From: Microthyrium microscopicum
Lineage: Eukaryota
Reading direction: 5' to 3'
Assembly (NCBI GenBank): GCA_010405405.1
Contig: MU004238.1
Span: 1,747,530 to 1,811,529 of the forward strand
Length of the DNA stretch: 64,000 nt
Shown: in pieces, positions 1 through 11,335 of the stretch
How the letters are laid out: each line of letters opens with the position of its first letter
Numbering within the stretch: the stretch's first letter is position 1
Translations under genes and position numbers: made by a program
Notes under the pieces: model-generated
Databases searched by the model: none
Told to the model about the DNA's origin: nothing
What the model saw: the letters and a program-made list of their open reading frames with translations, nothing else

Positions 1-925
1 ATCTGTCAATCTGTCCACCAGCGAAGAAGCAGAGACACGTATCTCCGCCAGCCGTTTCTTTGGCAGCCTCGCCTTGTTGCTCGTCTGTGATAATCACGCC
101 GTATAGAAAGCTTAATTCTTGGCTCGCTGGATGTTGGTAAAGCCTCTTGTATTGCGGATTGGCGACAATTGCAGCCTCGAGGCACGCTGCAGCTCGCTGG
201 TAGACATCGATATTTGAGCTTTTCAGTCCTTCAGCAAAGCCTAGTTCTCGAGCTTCGATCACGCAGTAGAATGCTCCACCGTAGCAAAAGTCGGCCGTGA
301 CTGCAGTTCTGTTGCCCAGCTCTGGCCACCTATAGGCTGGTGTCAAAGAGATCTCAGTAGCAATTCCTAGTGCATAGGACTCAACGCTGACGAAAGACAC
401 ATCGCGCTCAGGATCACTCTTCAATTTTTCATTCGTGTCAATGGTAACAGGTACTGTAATGTTTACCACACCGCATGGGCAGTGTAGATTGATGGTCGTC
501 GTCATAGTACCTGTATCCAGCTTCAAGTCCCGCCGAGGAAACAGCTCTGGGCAGGCATTGGTGTCAAAATCAACCAAGAAGCGGCCTAAAGCGATAGTAG
601 CATGACCGCACATGGTTGACCATCCCTCGTTATGCATGAACAGCACTCCGACGTCTGCTTCTCCTGTGGAGGTAAATTCCGTGCCATGAATTAATAACGC
701 CCCATACATAATGCTATGGCCTCGTGGCTCAAGCATCAGCCTTCTCCGTAAATTATCGTACCTGAGTTTTGCATCCGTCATCTTCTGAAGCAGCGTATGT
801 CCTTGAGGTTGAGGGAAACCAGAGTATATGATGCGTGTGGGCTCGCCAGTCGTATGCATCTCGACAGTGTTGATCGGCTGGCCGTGAACTGACACAAAGT
901 CGGAAAGAATTGACACGTTTGCCAT
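1..925 (-). CDS. Proline racemase family protein (hydroxyproline epimerase / trans-3-hydroxy-L-proline dehydratase-like), 3' end outside the window
   Basis: Manual minus-strand translation from ATG 925 gives MANVSILSDF...INTVEMHTTGEPTRII...LMLEPRGHSIMYGA...GVLFMHNEGWSTMCGHATIALG...CFFAGGQIDR(S). It has the family motifs MHTxGEP, EPRGH, MCGH and the start of DRSP. Not in the ORF track because it runs off the left edge. Confidence 0.93.
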   Translation of the reverse strand, partial: MANVSILSDFVSVHGQPINTVEMHTTGEPTRIIYSGFPQPQGHTLLQKMTDAKLRYDNLRRRLMLEPRGHSIMYGALLIHGTEFTSTGEADVGVLFMHNEGWSTMCGHATIALGRFLVDFDTNACPELFPRRDLKLDTGTMTTTINLHCPCGVVNITVPVTIDTNEKLKSDPERDVSFVSVESYALGIATEISLTPAYRWPELGNRTAVTADFCYGGAFYCVIEARELGFAEGLKSSNIDVYQRAAACLEAAIVANPQYKRLYQHPASQELSFLYGVIITDEQQGEAAKETAGGDTCLCFFAGGQIDR

Positions 926-1026
926 GACTGTTATTGTCCATCCAGAACGGGATGGATAGCGTGGAGTTGAAGAATGGGGATCACTGAATGTCATTGAGAA
1001 GGGGTGCACTGTGCAGATATCAAAGA

Positions 1027-1040
1027 CCGGAATTTGCCGG
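1027..1040. promoter_or_regulatory. CCGG-N6-CCGG, candidate Zn2Cys6 (PrnA-type) binding site
   Basis: ccgg aatttg ccgg lies about 100 bp upstream of the proline racemase-family ATG. Confidence 0.4.
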
Positions 1041-1536
1041 GGTCTGTTCATCCCATCCCCAAGCAGCAACTTCATCTCCATTTCCCGCTCTGTCACCATT
1101 TTTCTTATCCTTCAAGCAACAGTCCCATCATCCACTGAACGGCGGGTCCTAGTACAGATTGTCCTCCTCCATCGGCACATTTCGCCCCCGTCTGATCACA
1201 ACCATCGGCTCGGCATCCTGCGAGACAAGCGCACGACACGTCTATAACATCACAAGCTAGTTTTTGATAAGGGAACGTGTGGACAGAATCAATGGCGCAC
1301 TCAGCTATTGTAGCTCTGACGTTCAGGTTCCAGCGTATTGAATCAAGAACTGAGAAGTCGGTGCGTTCAAATGGGAAGCAAGCACCGAGTGACACAGCAT
1401 AACGGACGGTAAATATTACCCCAGATGGAACAATACATGATGGCAACGCCTTTTCAAAACTCATCGAGACAATTACAATACGCACTCGGGCGCATGTAAA
1501 CACTATCCTTGCCTTAGGCATCAGTTCTACTGACCT

Positions 1537-2334
1537 TCAGATCGCAATTTCAGTTTCGCCAGCCACTCTCCTGATAACGTTTGCAACAACATCCGGACGA
1601 TCTAAGAATGGGGAATGGTCTGCGCCCTCCAACGTCACGACCTCCATCGCCGGCGTCGTTCCATCCACTTTCTTCTTGCCTAAGATTCTCTCGAATGACT
1701 CTGGAATCATACTCTTATCTTCAGTGGAGAAGATATACGTGGTTGGGATGTGCCTCCAGGCAGCGTAAGTAGTCTTCGTCATAGAAACGCCCATCGCCCA
1801 CGGCTTAAGCAGCTTGCCGACATGTGAAATTACATCTGGCGACTGGCTTCCATAGAAGAACGACACTGCGTCTTCCGGGCTGACTCGCAAATACCCATCT
1901 CCGTCTTTCATAGCCTGCTCGAAGTAGAACTGCGCGACCTTAGGCTCCATAACCTGGTGATCACTCAAGGCTTCACCTTCCTCGAGTAGATTGGCGCCTC
2001 CACAGACGATGGCAATGACTCCGGTCTGTTCTCCTGAAGCTTTGCGGTCCGATTTGGACAGACCACGAAGAGCCTCTGAGCCAGGCACGCCGCCGTAGGA
2101 GTGCAGAAACATGACGACGTCTTGGCCGTCGCCTAGTTCTTTGAGTACAGCGGAACGGATGGTTTCGACATCAGGATCCATAGATGCTATGGCGGGAATA
2201 TCCTCAGTCGATGGGAGATGCGGTGCTGAAACCCGATAACCGGAGGACTCTAGAATTGAAGTGAGAGGCTCATAGGCCGCTGGGACGTGAAAAGCGCCAT
2301 GTACGAGAACGATGGTGGGTAGTTTGTTGGCCAT
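1537..2334 (-). CDS. Alpha/beta hydrolase (AB hydrolase-1 / methylesterase-like)
   Basis: 265-aa single-exon ORF with IVLVHGAFH, nucleophile elbow HSYGG, and C-terminal D..H (STEDK, ADHSPFL). Confidence 0.92.
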   Translation of the reverse strand: MANKLPTIVLVHGAFHVPAAYEPLTSILESSGYRVSAPHLPSTEDIPAIASMDPDVETIRSAVLKELGDGQDVVMFLHSYGGVPGSEALRGLSKSDRKASGEQTGVIAIVCGGANLLEEGEALSDHQVMEPKVAQFYFEQAMKDGDGYLRVSPEDAVSFFYGSQSPDVISHVGKLLKPWAMGVSMTKTTYAAWRHIPTTYIFSTEDKSMIPESFERILGKKKVDGTTPAMEVVTLEGADHSPFLDRPDVVANVIRRVAGETEIAI

Positions 2335-2917
2335 TGTAAAGAGCTTGGAGGAGCAAGGAGTATAGAGACAATGTTATGTTCAAAAGCTTCGTTGGAGATT
2401 ATTCAGCAGGGAGCCTGAACGAGTGAAGAATATATATTGCTCCCTCTGGAGTCTAGCGCTTACATCAGCACCCTCGGCTCCTGATGCCTTCCGAATCATA
2501 TCAAGAACCGTGAAAGAGGCAACTAGACGTTACGCAATATATCTCTGTGGTTAAGTCAGGAAGGCCGTTTGGTCGCTGCTCTGGTTCACTGCAATGTCAG
2601 TCGATAGACAAAATAACTGGCGTGCCCCCATCGACTTCAACGGCTCCTACATAACACACTCTACTATCGAGTGCTTCACCTAGTTTAAATTATAGGGTGT
2701 TCTGACTTGGACATTTATCGAATGTAATGGAAAAAATAACACCTCTTGATTGATAGGAATCGTGGGAGCCAGCGAAGTTAATGGGAAAATGCCAGCCATT
2801 TCGTCATGCGATTGAATGCCCACCATAACAGTCCTAACAGAGACAAGCCCGATCTCCAATGCATTCAAGTTCGACACCAGAAAGAACTTATGAATGAAAG
2901 ATAGATCTGGATTCACG

Positions 2918-3400
2918 CTATGCTCTGACACCGATCATAAAAAGCCGAAGGCATCGCAACATGACTTTGCCATCAGGCAGCTTACGATAAGCTTTTTCAA
3001 TTCGACCAAGATACACTTCCAAAATCTGTTGTCGTTGCTCCCCAGAAAACGAATCAATGTATGGTCTTAACCCTGTTCCCATCACCCACTCAACAACAGC
3101 CTGATGGTCGTCCAATGCATGATCGTGGTGCATATGCCATACATCCAGACTGGCAAGCCGTGGGCTTAGAGCATCCTACAGCTTTTGCGGTGATGGGAAG
3201 CGCTCACGCAACGGGACCAGTACCTGCAAGCCCGCGGCCTACGATCCGTTACTTGCAGTCTCCGAAATTGCAGCGTAATGCTGCTGTGCGAAGTCGTCTG
3301 GCACCTGGAAGACAAAAACACTGCCTGGTCGTAGTGCTTTCACCAAATGTAATAGTTGGAATCCTTTCCTTGTCTGGTAGCCAGATGAAGAGGGCTCTGG
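2918..3400 (-). pseudogene. Degraded trans-aconitate 2-methyltransferase (Tam-like class I SAM methyltransferase) remnant
   Basis: Recognisable segments ALFIWLP..ERIPTI / LRPGSVFVFQVPDDF / SLDVWH / AVVEWVMGTGLRPYID / DGKVMLR.LRLFMIGVR. They are broken by a frameshift near 3350 and in-frame TAG stops at 3239-3241 and 3176-3178. No N-terminal SAM-binding half was recognised. Confidence 0.8.
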
Positions 3401-3764
3401 AGATGGTGTTCGTTCAAATGAATAAGCTGGACTTCGAGTATTCAACTCCGACGGAGTTCGAACTTGATATTACTTTCAGTCCAGGCAATCGACTTGTCAT
3501 TGCTAGGCAAGTAAATATCGATGCGATGAGTGAACAAAACCTTTTTCTGGAGACTTTGACCGTCATTGATATCACTCATCATTTGTTATCCAATTGTTAT
3601 AGTGCCCGGCGTAGGAACAATTTCATCATGGCAGGTCGAGCAAGTCGAAGATATAAAAGGATCAGTGAATCGGCACTTTGTACGTCCCATCTGAATATAC
3701 CCAAATACCACAAGAATATCATCTTTAATTCTGACACAATCTGAACCGATTCTATCCCATCACT

Positions 3765-4835
3765 ATGTCCTACATACTTCTCACTGGCGCAACTGGAAAT
3801 CTTGGAGCCGTCATCCTCGAACAGCTCATGAAAAGCGACCAAAAAGTAAAGGCTGTCGTACGATCCTTTGCCAAATCCAAAGAAACGGTCGCCACACAAT
3901 ATGAATCTGCTTCCAATTCAGGACAATTGACCTTTACGGAAATTCCCGACATGGCTGTTCCCGGGGCCTTCGATGAAGCTTTGAGAAACGCAAGCTCCCT
4001 AATCCACGTAGCCACTCCTCTAGAGGACCACGACTTTCTCGAGACCATGATCAAGCCCGCCTCAGTCATCACCAAGAATATCCTCAATTCAGCTGCGAAA
4101 TCGCCAACTTTGAAACGAGTCATCATCACCGGGTCGATTGTCGCTACTCTTAAGCTTCCAGACGATGTATTCAGCGGAAGAACCATATCCGAGGAAGATT
4201 GGAATAGCTGTTCCCTTGAAGAAGCCGTGACCGATGAGTCACACGCCTATGGCTACTCGAAAGTGACTTCCGAGAAGGATGCATGGGAGTTCATGGCAAG
4301 TGAGAAGCCAAGTTTTGATCTGATTTACCTTCTTGCGCCGAGCATCATTGGCAAAAGTATTCAGCCAGGGTTCAAGTTGACTAGACAACACCTTGGTGGA
4401 ACTTCCAGTGTATACAAAGCGGCCTTTGATGTTGAGAAGCCAGACTTTATGTTTCCATATGTCATGTAAGTTGAGCCATCAACCAGCACGAGCTTCGCTG
4501 ATACAGTGACTAGGGATGTCGAGGATGTAGCTGCGATCCACATCAAGGCACTGTCTCCGAATGTGCCAGGAAATGAGCGCTACCTTTTTCACTCGAAGCG
4601 GCCTCTGCTAGCAGATGAGGCGGTCAATTTTATCAGAGAGAAATATCCGGAACTGACCGTACGAGTGCCAGCAGGCAGTAACGACTCATCTTTGGCGCCG
4701 AATTTGTTCAAGACGGATATTTCTAAGGCTAGCAAAGTGTTTGGCACTGATTGGAAAGACTGGACACTTAGTGTCAGCTCCATGGTCGACGATATCTTGA
4801 AGGCCGAGAAGGAGGGCTGTGTTGAGAGTGACTGA
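3765..4835 (+). CDS. NAD(P)-dependent epimerase/dehydratase family aldehyde/ketone reductase (GRE2-like extended SDR), 2 exons
   Basis: ILLTGATGNLG Rossmann motif, HVATP, catalytic YGYSK. Intron 4466-4513 joins the two ORFs as ...PYVM-DVEDVAAIH. Confidence 0.93.
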
Positions 4836-5045
4836 TTTTAAGATTAGCAGGTCTTCTTATTTCAAGTCAATAGGATGAAGAGACAAAGAACTTCACCCTA
4901 AAGTGTTTAGTGTTTATACCATATAAATTATAACAGTGGAATTGGAAGCCTACAAAACCTAATCATTATCTCGTGAGCCAAGCCGTGCACTACGGCAGCA
5001 GTACCAAACTCCAACCTCTTTACATCGCGTATAGACAAATCCCTA

Positions 5046-6965
5046 TCAGTTCGCTTGAATTTCGCGAATGATTGGAAATCTTGTTTTGTCCTCATGCACC
5101 TTGCGCTTGAAGAAGCCAAGCTCTTTTAGCATATCCTCAGCTTCCTGCTGCATATCTCGAGCCCACTGTTGCTTCTCAACTTCATGTGGATCCTCGTGTA
5201 CAGACATATCAACAGCCTCATCAGTGTCCTCATGAATTTCAGAACGCTCATGCTCAGGCTGAAGTTCTTCTGGAATGACAATCGGATTCTTGAGCTCATT
5301 AACCACAAGTCCCAGATGTCTACGCAGAGCCTCAATTTCGCCTTTCAATCTGTCATTTTCTGGTCGCAGATCTTCAACCTCAGCACTTAAAGCGCGAATG
5401 CGAGCTTCGCTAACTTGGCGCGTTTCTTCCATTAGTCGCTGCATCTTGTCCACTTGTTTCTGATAGTCTTCCATCTCAGTGGCCTCTTCCTTCTTACGGG
5501 CGTGGGCATTGTTGACGGATACTTGTAGAGCGCGGATGGTCTCCGCCATAAGCGAAATTTGCGCATCTCGTTCGGCTGCAGATACAGCGTCAATATTGGC
5601 AGTGGCACGAGTGCGGATGCGTTTGGCCTGATCGGCATATCGTAGTGTCGAGAGTGTCTCGTCGTAGTCTGTAGGTGAGATGCAGGCTACCATGGCTGTC
5701 TTGGAGTTGCCGCCAAGCGAATCTTTAAGCAGCCAGGTGAGGACAGAGTCACGATATGGAACAATTTCCAGCGGTGTTGAGCGACCGCGGCGACTGGGTG
5801 TTCCAGGCCGAGGGCTGTTGCGTCCGCCGGGACTACCAACAGCTTGACGACGTGGATCTGCCAGCGCAGCAATGACTCGGCCGAGAGTTGTAAGAGATTT
5901 GTTTATTTTGCCTCCTTCGAGGAGGCGCTGACCGGTGGCTTCGGTTGATTTTGCTCGTTCAGATCCTGCCAAGTCTACCAACCGGAAGCGAGCTGTTCGT
6001 TCAATGGTCTCGTCTGTTATAAGAGAATGTTGAATTTGCTTGAGTTGAAGGGTAAAGACGGCATGCGATCGGGAGGATGTATCGTTCATCTTGGTAGAGG
6101 CAGTTGTACGATTCTGTGTCTTGTTAATCTCACGCTTGGCTTGGAGAGGGTAGGTTGGAGCATACTAGATCTCCCATTTTCATCAGACGTTCCACATCTG
6201 CGAAATTCTTTACGGCTGCATCAGTCAATCCTTGTACATACACCCCTTCAGTTTGAGATTCCCGAATCTTCAGATAATATGGAGTATTTGATTTCATCAC
6301 CAACAGATCTCGGACATGTTCGTTGTAGACTTCGAAATACGAAACGTGGACACTATAGGTGGTGTTTGGCTCTGGCTCATCCTTGATTCTTGAGAAAAGC
6401 GCCTCGCAGGTTCTAGGTATGAGTCCAGGCTGATCTTGTGTTCCCATCATCGTATATGATTTTCCAGATCCCGTTTGGCCGTACGCAAAGATGCAGGTAT
6501 GGAATCCATTGAAGTTATGGTCTAGAAATTCTTCGCCGAAGGAGCTGTAAATGTCTTCTTGTTGCGCGTAGTGAGCATCTTGAGGGTCGTGCGACCAGTA
6601 AGACTTATCGAAGGTAAAGGTCTTGTCTTCTCGGCGAGCTCGAGCACTACTCGAATCCCGAGGGGCGAAGATGGTGGTGCTTTCTGTCTTTGGATCCATT
6701 TCGACAATACATTTTGCATTTCTATCCCGTTCTGTGTACAATTGGTTAGTCAACGTAGACAAAGCAATGGTAGGTATCTGTTACCTCGCTGGACAAATTG
6801 TCGAACTCGAACCACGACCTTGACATTGGCACTGCTATCTGGCTCCTGGGCTGCGGGCATGATCGAATTACGTGGTGGAGTGGTGAATTCAGGATGATCA
6901 AAAGATCGGAGAGATGGAGCCGAAGCAGTCGACTCGAAGCGGTGAAGGCGAGGATCAAAGGCCAT
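5046..6965 (-). CDS. Short kinesin-3 family motor (UncB/NKIN3-like), 3 exons
   Basis: [20 protein letters not shown]-loop [44 protein letters not shown], then a short coiled-coil tail. Introns near 6736-6784 and 6119-6165. Confidence 0.93.
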
Positions 6966-7465
6966 GATGGACCTTGGGAGTAATGGATCGCAGCAACAGT
7001 CGCACTGAAATGATACAAGTTGTTGGAAGCGACAGCGGCGAAGTGAGTGCATCTGAGGAAAGAGCAGGCGCACTTGGTGGGTGTGCTTCGCTGCAGCCGT
7101 GCGTTTAGTGCCAGCCCGGCAAAGCGTAAGGCTGTATTGGTCAATTGGTCAGGAACTAGGGTAAAAAGTAATAAAATGTTGTCTCGGATGCCACGATTTG
7201 CAGATCCGAATTATGGAGCGATGCACTGGTGCGGGATGTTGTCATAAGCACGAGCCGATTTGGTCCTTCCCAAAACAACTCTTGGTGCCACAGCAACACG
7301 CGAAACGCGTGGGTAATCCCTGCATTACGGCTAGCCTAACTTTACAAGGACTAGCGATGCAACTTTTGTTCTACCTCGAATTCAGGTTCCACAACTCCAC
7401 CGCAGCGCTGCATAATCCCTTCGTAAATCTCGTGTAATGGCTGCTTTGTGCTTCTTCTCAGCGGC

Positions 7466-10303
7466 ATGAGAGCTCTTCCAAAGTCAGCAGAATTCCTCAA
7501 GCACTGGGCGCGGCGCGTCAACAATGCATCTCCATGTCCCTCAGAGCAAGCAATCCTCCAACATAGCCTGCAATATGGCTCTCAAGAAGAGCGAAAACTA
7601 TGTTTATACATCCTGAGGAAATCAAATCCAACTCCCGCTTTCGAACTCTATTGTAAAAAGTTCGAGACTATCGTGTTCGGGGGCTACTCCAACCAAGTCG
7701 ATGACTGTCTGGCGACCGTCAGTCCGCAATGTCTTCAACAGCCCAAGAAACCTGGTCAGCTTGTTGATGATGTAGCATGGTGGACGACTTTGCTATCGGC
7801 AGCGCTATCATCTCCTCATAAAGGTGCCGTAAGTCCGAGTATAGGATCATGGATATTCAACTACAATTTTCAAGGGGTGCCCTACTCTGAAGATATCTCA
7901 AACTTACTTGTGGATGCATTCTTCCCATGGGCGTTTGATTATTCCCGATTCTATTCAAGCCTAGTTCGTGCTGGCTCCAGTGTTAGTTGTGTTCATGGTC
8001 ATCGCTTGTGTACATTCATTCAAAGATTCATTGAAAACGCTCCAGATAATACGTCACAGCAGAATTATCTTCGGGCCATTGTGGCCGCCCTCGAGTCTTA
8101 TCTCAAAACGGAAAGTCTTGGTCCTGCTTATATCTTCATGGGTATCAGGAGAGCACAGTTGGTCGTTCCTGAGGATGTCTGTTCACTCCTTGGAGAGTAT
8201 GAAGCCAAGTTAAGTCAACGTACTTTGTCTGACAAAGTCCTTCGGTTTTATGTACAGGGTATAATAGGAGACTCACGCAAACCGCCAGCCATCGACAACA
8301 CGACACATATTGATAAACCATATTTGACGAGTTTGTTCAAGATTCAAGACTTTCGGGCTCTGGAAGATTGGTCAGAATTCGTCGAAGTGATGCCAACGAT
8401 TCCCGCCACGTCAAAACAAATTGTCGATATCTGCATCCAAGTTCAGGAATGCTTGAGTACCGTTCCTGATACTGCAACGATACCAATAGGCGATGTGCTG
8501 ACCGCATTGTGGGCTCAAGTGGCAAGATTGCGACATCCGACGCCAGCAATGGAACAACTGGAAAAGCTACTACTATGCGATCAGGTACTCGAGGCTTGTG
8601 ACGAATCTAGCGAAGCGCAAAGGATCGTTGCGCAACTGCTAAAAAACTGCCAAGCCGTCACGAAGACGAAGCCTCGTCTCTGGCTATCATTCACCAAAAA
8701 CATTCATCACGCGTTTTTTGCCTCTTCACGACGCAAGGCTTTCATGGAGTCCTTGGTTGACCTCATCTGCAATTTTACAACAGCACCACCCAAAGCAACT
8801 GCTGATTATCTCATGGATTGTGCCCTGTCCCAGGCGTTACAAAAAGAAGGAAGTCATGTCTTCCAAGATCAGCAAGCAGAAGAGGGATTCGGGCATGCCT
8901 ACATCTTCGACTTGCTGAATAGGTGGACGGCAGAATATGCAGAAGATGTTAAAATACTTATGCCAGAACTGCTCAAGCCGTGGTTGTCACCAAATTCGGC
9001 CAAATTGAAGCATATTTTTGCTCTTTACACCATAATATTTCTCTCGAAGCATATTCAACCATCCCAGGAACGAGCCAAGACTGAGAGTCAGCTCCTGTTG
9101 GCGCTCAGCACTGAAAAGTCACCTAGATATCGCTTCTTACTCGAATGGGCTATTGTTGCCCTTCGATGGGATAATGATTTGGTCAACTCTCATTTTGATC
9201 CACAACGACCTTTCACTCCCAGTACTATGATGGAAGAGAACGCAAGCCCAGCTTTCATAGTTTCCCTGCTCAAGATTGCCGTCTCAACATCAAGACATCC
9301 TTCGGCAGGGTTGTCATTCATGCAGCCTCTCATGGAAATTCTACCGACGCTTTGTGCAAGCACCAAAGTTGCCATACGTTTCGAAGCACTGTTTACCGTC
9401 ATATTGTTGATGGGCATAGCCCGAAAGAAGCACATTGGTGAGATTGCCTCGAACCAAATATACATCAACCTGGAAGCCTATGCCTCTTCTTTGCTAGATT
9501 CTCGTGGGCTTCCTGAGTCTCGAAGATTAGAGAGCTTTGACGCGACCACAGATCAGACTCTAGCGACCATGTTTGAAGGTGGCTACTTGAGCTTCGACAC
9601 AGGAGCTCACCATTACGTCAAAGCAGAGTACTTTTTAAAGATACCGAAAGGAAAAGACCTCCCGGCTCAATATCTGCCTTTGGGTGACATCCATGAACAA
9701 CAGAACACATCTGGGGGTACAGTCATTCCAAAGGTCTCAAACCTTGGTTCTGTAGATACAAGCAGCACTCATCAGTCCAAGGCATTTGCACTATCAGATA
9801 AAGACTTGGGCATCAGTACCGAGCCCAGCAAAAGCAACCTCATTCTAGTTGCATCTCTAGTCGACTCCCCTTACAATCTCGGAGGTCTTTCCCGCGCTGC
9901 AGAGATATACGGCTGCTCAGAACTACACATCGCAGACATAAAGGCTGTCACAGACAAGGCATTCAAGTCGGTATCTGTCGCAAGCGAACTTCATGTCCCT
10001 ATCAAAGAAACAAAAGTTTCTGATATGGCAGCGATGCTTTCTAATTTGCGAGCCGCAGGCTATGTCATTGTTGGAGTCGAGCAGACCAGCTCCAGTTTGT
10101 TATTAGGTAATCCCAGCACAAAATTGCCAGAGAAAGTTGTTATAGTCATGGGAGCTGAAAGAACCGGCATTTCGGGAGAGATACTTCTTGAGTGTGATAT
10201 GTTTGTCGAAATCAAACAATGGGGTGTTACTCAAAGTCTCAATGTTCAGACTGCTGCTGGAACAGTGCTATACGAATGGAGAAGGCAGTGGGGAGATGGA
10301 TGA
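7466..10303 (+). CDS. TRM3: tRNA (guanosine-18 2'-O)-methyltransferase, SpoU/TrmH family with long helical N-terminus
   Basis: C-terminal SPOUT motifs LILVASLVDSPYNLGGLSRAAE, VGVEQT, MGAERTGI, EIKQWGVTQSLNV. True start codon uncertain. Confidence 0.88.
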   Translation: MRALPKSAEFLKHWARRVNNASPCPSEQAILQHSLQYGSQEERKLCLYILRKSNPTPAFELYCKKFETIVFGGYSNQVDDCLATVSPQCLQQPKKPGQLVDDVAWWTTLLSAALSSPHKGAVSPSIGSWIFNYNFQGVPYSEDISNLLVDAFFPWAFDYSRFYSSLVRAGSSVSCVHGHRLCTFIQRFIENAPDNTSQQNYLRAIVAALESYLKTESLGPAYIFMGIRRAQLVVPEDVCSLLGEYEAKLSQRTLSDKVLRFYVQGIIGDSRKPPAIDNTTHIDKPYLTSLFKIQDFRALEDWSEFVEVMPTIPATSKQIVDICIQVQECLSTVPDTATIPIGDVLTALWAQVARLRHPTPAMEQLEKLLLCDQVLEACDESSEAQRIVAQLLKNCQAVTKTKPRLWLSFTKNIHHAFFASSRRKAFMESLVDLICNFTTAPPKATADYLMDCALSQALQKEGSHVFQDQQAEEGFGHAYIFDLLNRWTAEYAEDVKILMPELLKPWLSPNSAKLKHIFALYTIIFLSKHIQPSQERAKTESQLLLALSTEKSPRYRFLLEWAIVALRWDNDLVNSHFDPQRPFTPSTMMEENASPAFIVSLLKIAVSTSRHPSAGLSFMQPLMEILPTLCASTKVAIRFEALFTVILLMGIARKKHIGEIASNQIYINLEAYASSLLDSRGLPESRRLESFDATTDQTLATMFEGGYLSFDTGAHHYVKAEYFLKIPKGKDLPAQYLPLGDIHEQQNTSGGTVIPKVSNLGSVDTSSTHQSKAFALSDKDLGISTEPSKSNLILVASLVDSPYNLGGLSRAAEIYGCSELHIADIKAVTDKAFKSVSVASELHVPIKETKVSDMAAMLSNLRAAGYVIVGVEQTSSSLLLGNPSTKLPEKVVIVMGAERTGISGEILLECDMFVEIKQWGVTQSLNVQTAAGTVLYEWRRQWGDG

Positions 10304-11335
10304 TACCCAACTGTCGGCCTTGTTCTTCCCCAGTTCCGATACTAGCATGATATGATGGTCCAACTCTGGGCGCCAATGTGATCAAATAGCATCGTAATAG
10401 ACTAAGATTTCGGCAATTGAACGCGCCTTGGAGCATTACATGCAATTGATGGGGATCCTGGCGCTATCAAGTTTCTCGAAGTACCCAATATAACTCTACT
10501 CAGTGACTGGTGGAACTCGTTCCTATTTTAAGTTCGCAGACTCCAACAACCGGTCAAAGAATCTGTACGTGTGTACATGTACTTCCCAGCACCCGGTCCG
10601 GAACTTAGCTAGGGCAGCTTGCGCTGGACCGCGCCTACGTCTCGCACTATAAGGAACACGTCAATTCTTGGACCATTTGAGAAAGTGGGGTTGTCATTCC
10701 AATCTGAATATGGATTATCCTATATTAACATGTCCGTTCCTGTGGGCAGACCACAATTGCGGCGCCAGTTCCACAACCAGTCGATGCCCCCATGCGAAAA
10801 TAGCGCTGTCGTGTGCGAGCATGGACCAGATTAGTTCGTTCAATATATGTATAAGTTTCTTTAATTGCCGTCTAACCTGTTATCGTCGAAGGATGATTCG
10901 TCGACACCGCTCTGGTAAAGCGAGTGCTCGCAGTTGTTGCCAATTTTGAGCATCATACACTCAGCACCATGGTCTATATGAAGATTTTGCAAGCTGTTCA
11001 TTCTTTACTTTAGGAAGAATCTAGCAAGTAGACCGTCTCTTGTTTTCTAATCAAATCTATTAATGTAAAGAACGCTATCAATTCTGAACACACTGCTTGC
11101 GTAAGGGGTGGCTGTTGATGATTGTGGCCTTCATGATCTGTACAAGCATTTGCTGTATATCGTTCTTATATTGTTCCGTCGATCTTGTTTACAGGCCCAA
11201 GATATCATAGAGGATATCTCCCCTGTCTCCATTAATTCTAGATCCTGCTGCAATATACAGTGTCTGCTTGATGTAAAAGAACAATCGCACCCTCCAAGAT
11301 GTATCTCGATTTCCTTCGTGAGGTCGCAAGTCAAC

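Noticed and set aside
3176..3241. TAG stops in the Tam remnant as A-to-I-editable premature stops
   Set aside because: Only one stop is at an expected Trp. The second stop, the frameshift and the missing N-terminus indicate ordinary decay.
3061..3744. 227-aa plus-strand ORF
   Set aside because: Antisense to the Tam pseudogene and running through the SDR promoter, with no protein-like features.
10593..10601. CCGG-T-CCGG upstream of the M13 peptidase as a second PrnA-type site
   Set aside because: More than 700 bp from the ATG, and about one such match is expected by chance in 64 kb.
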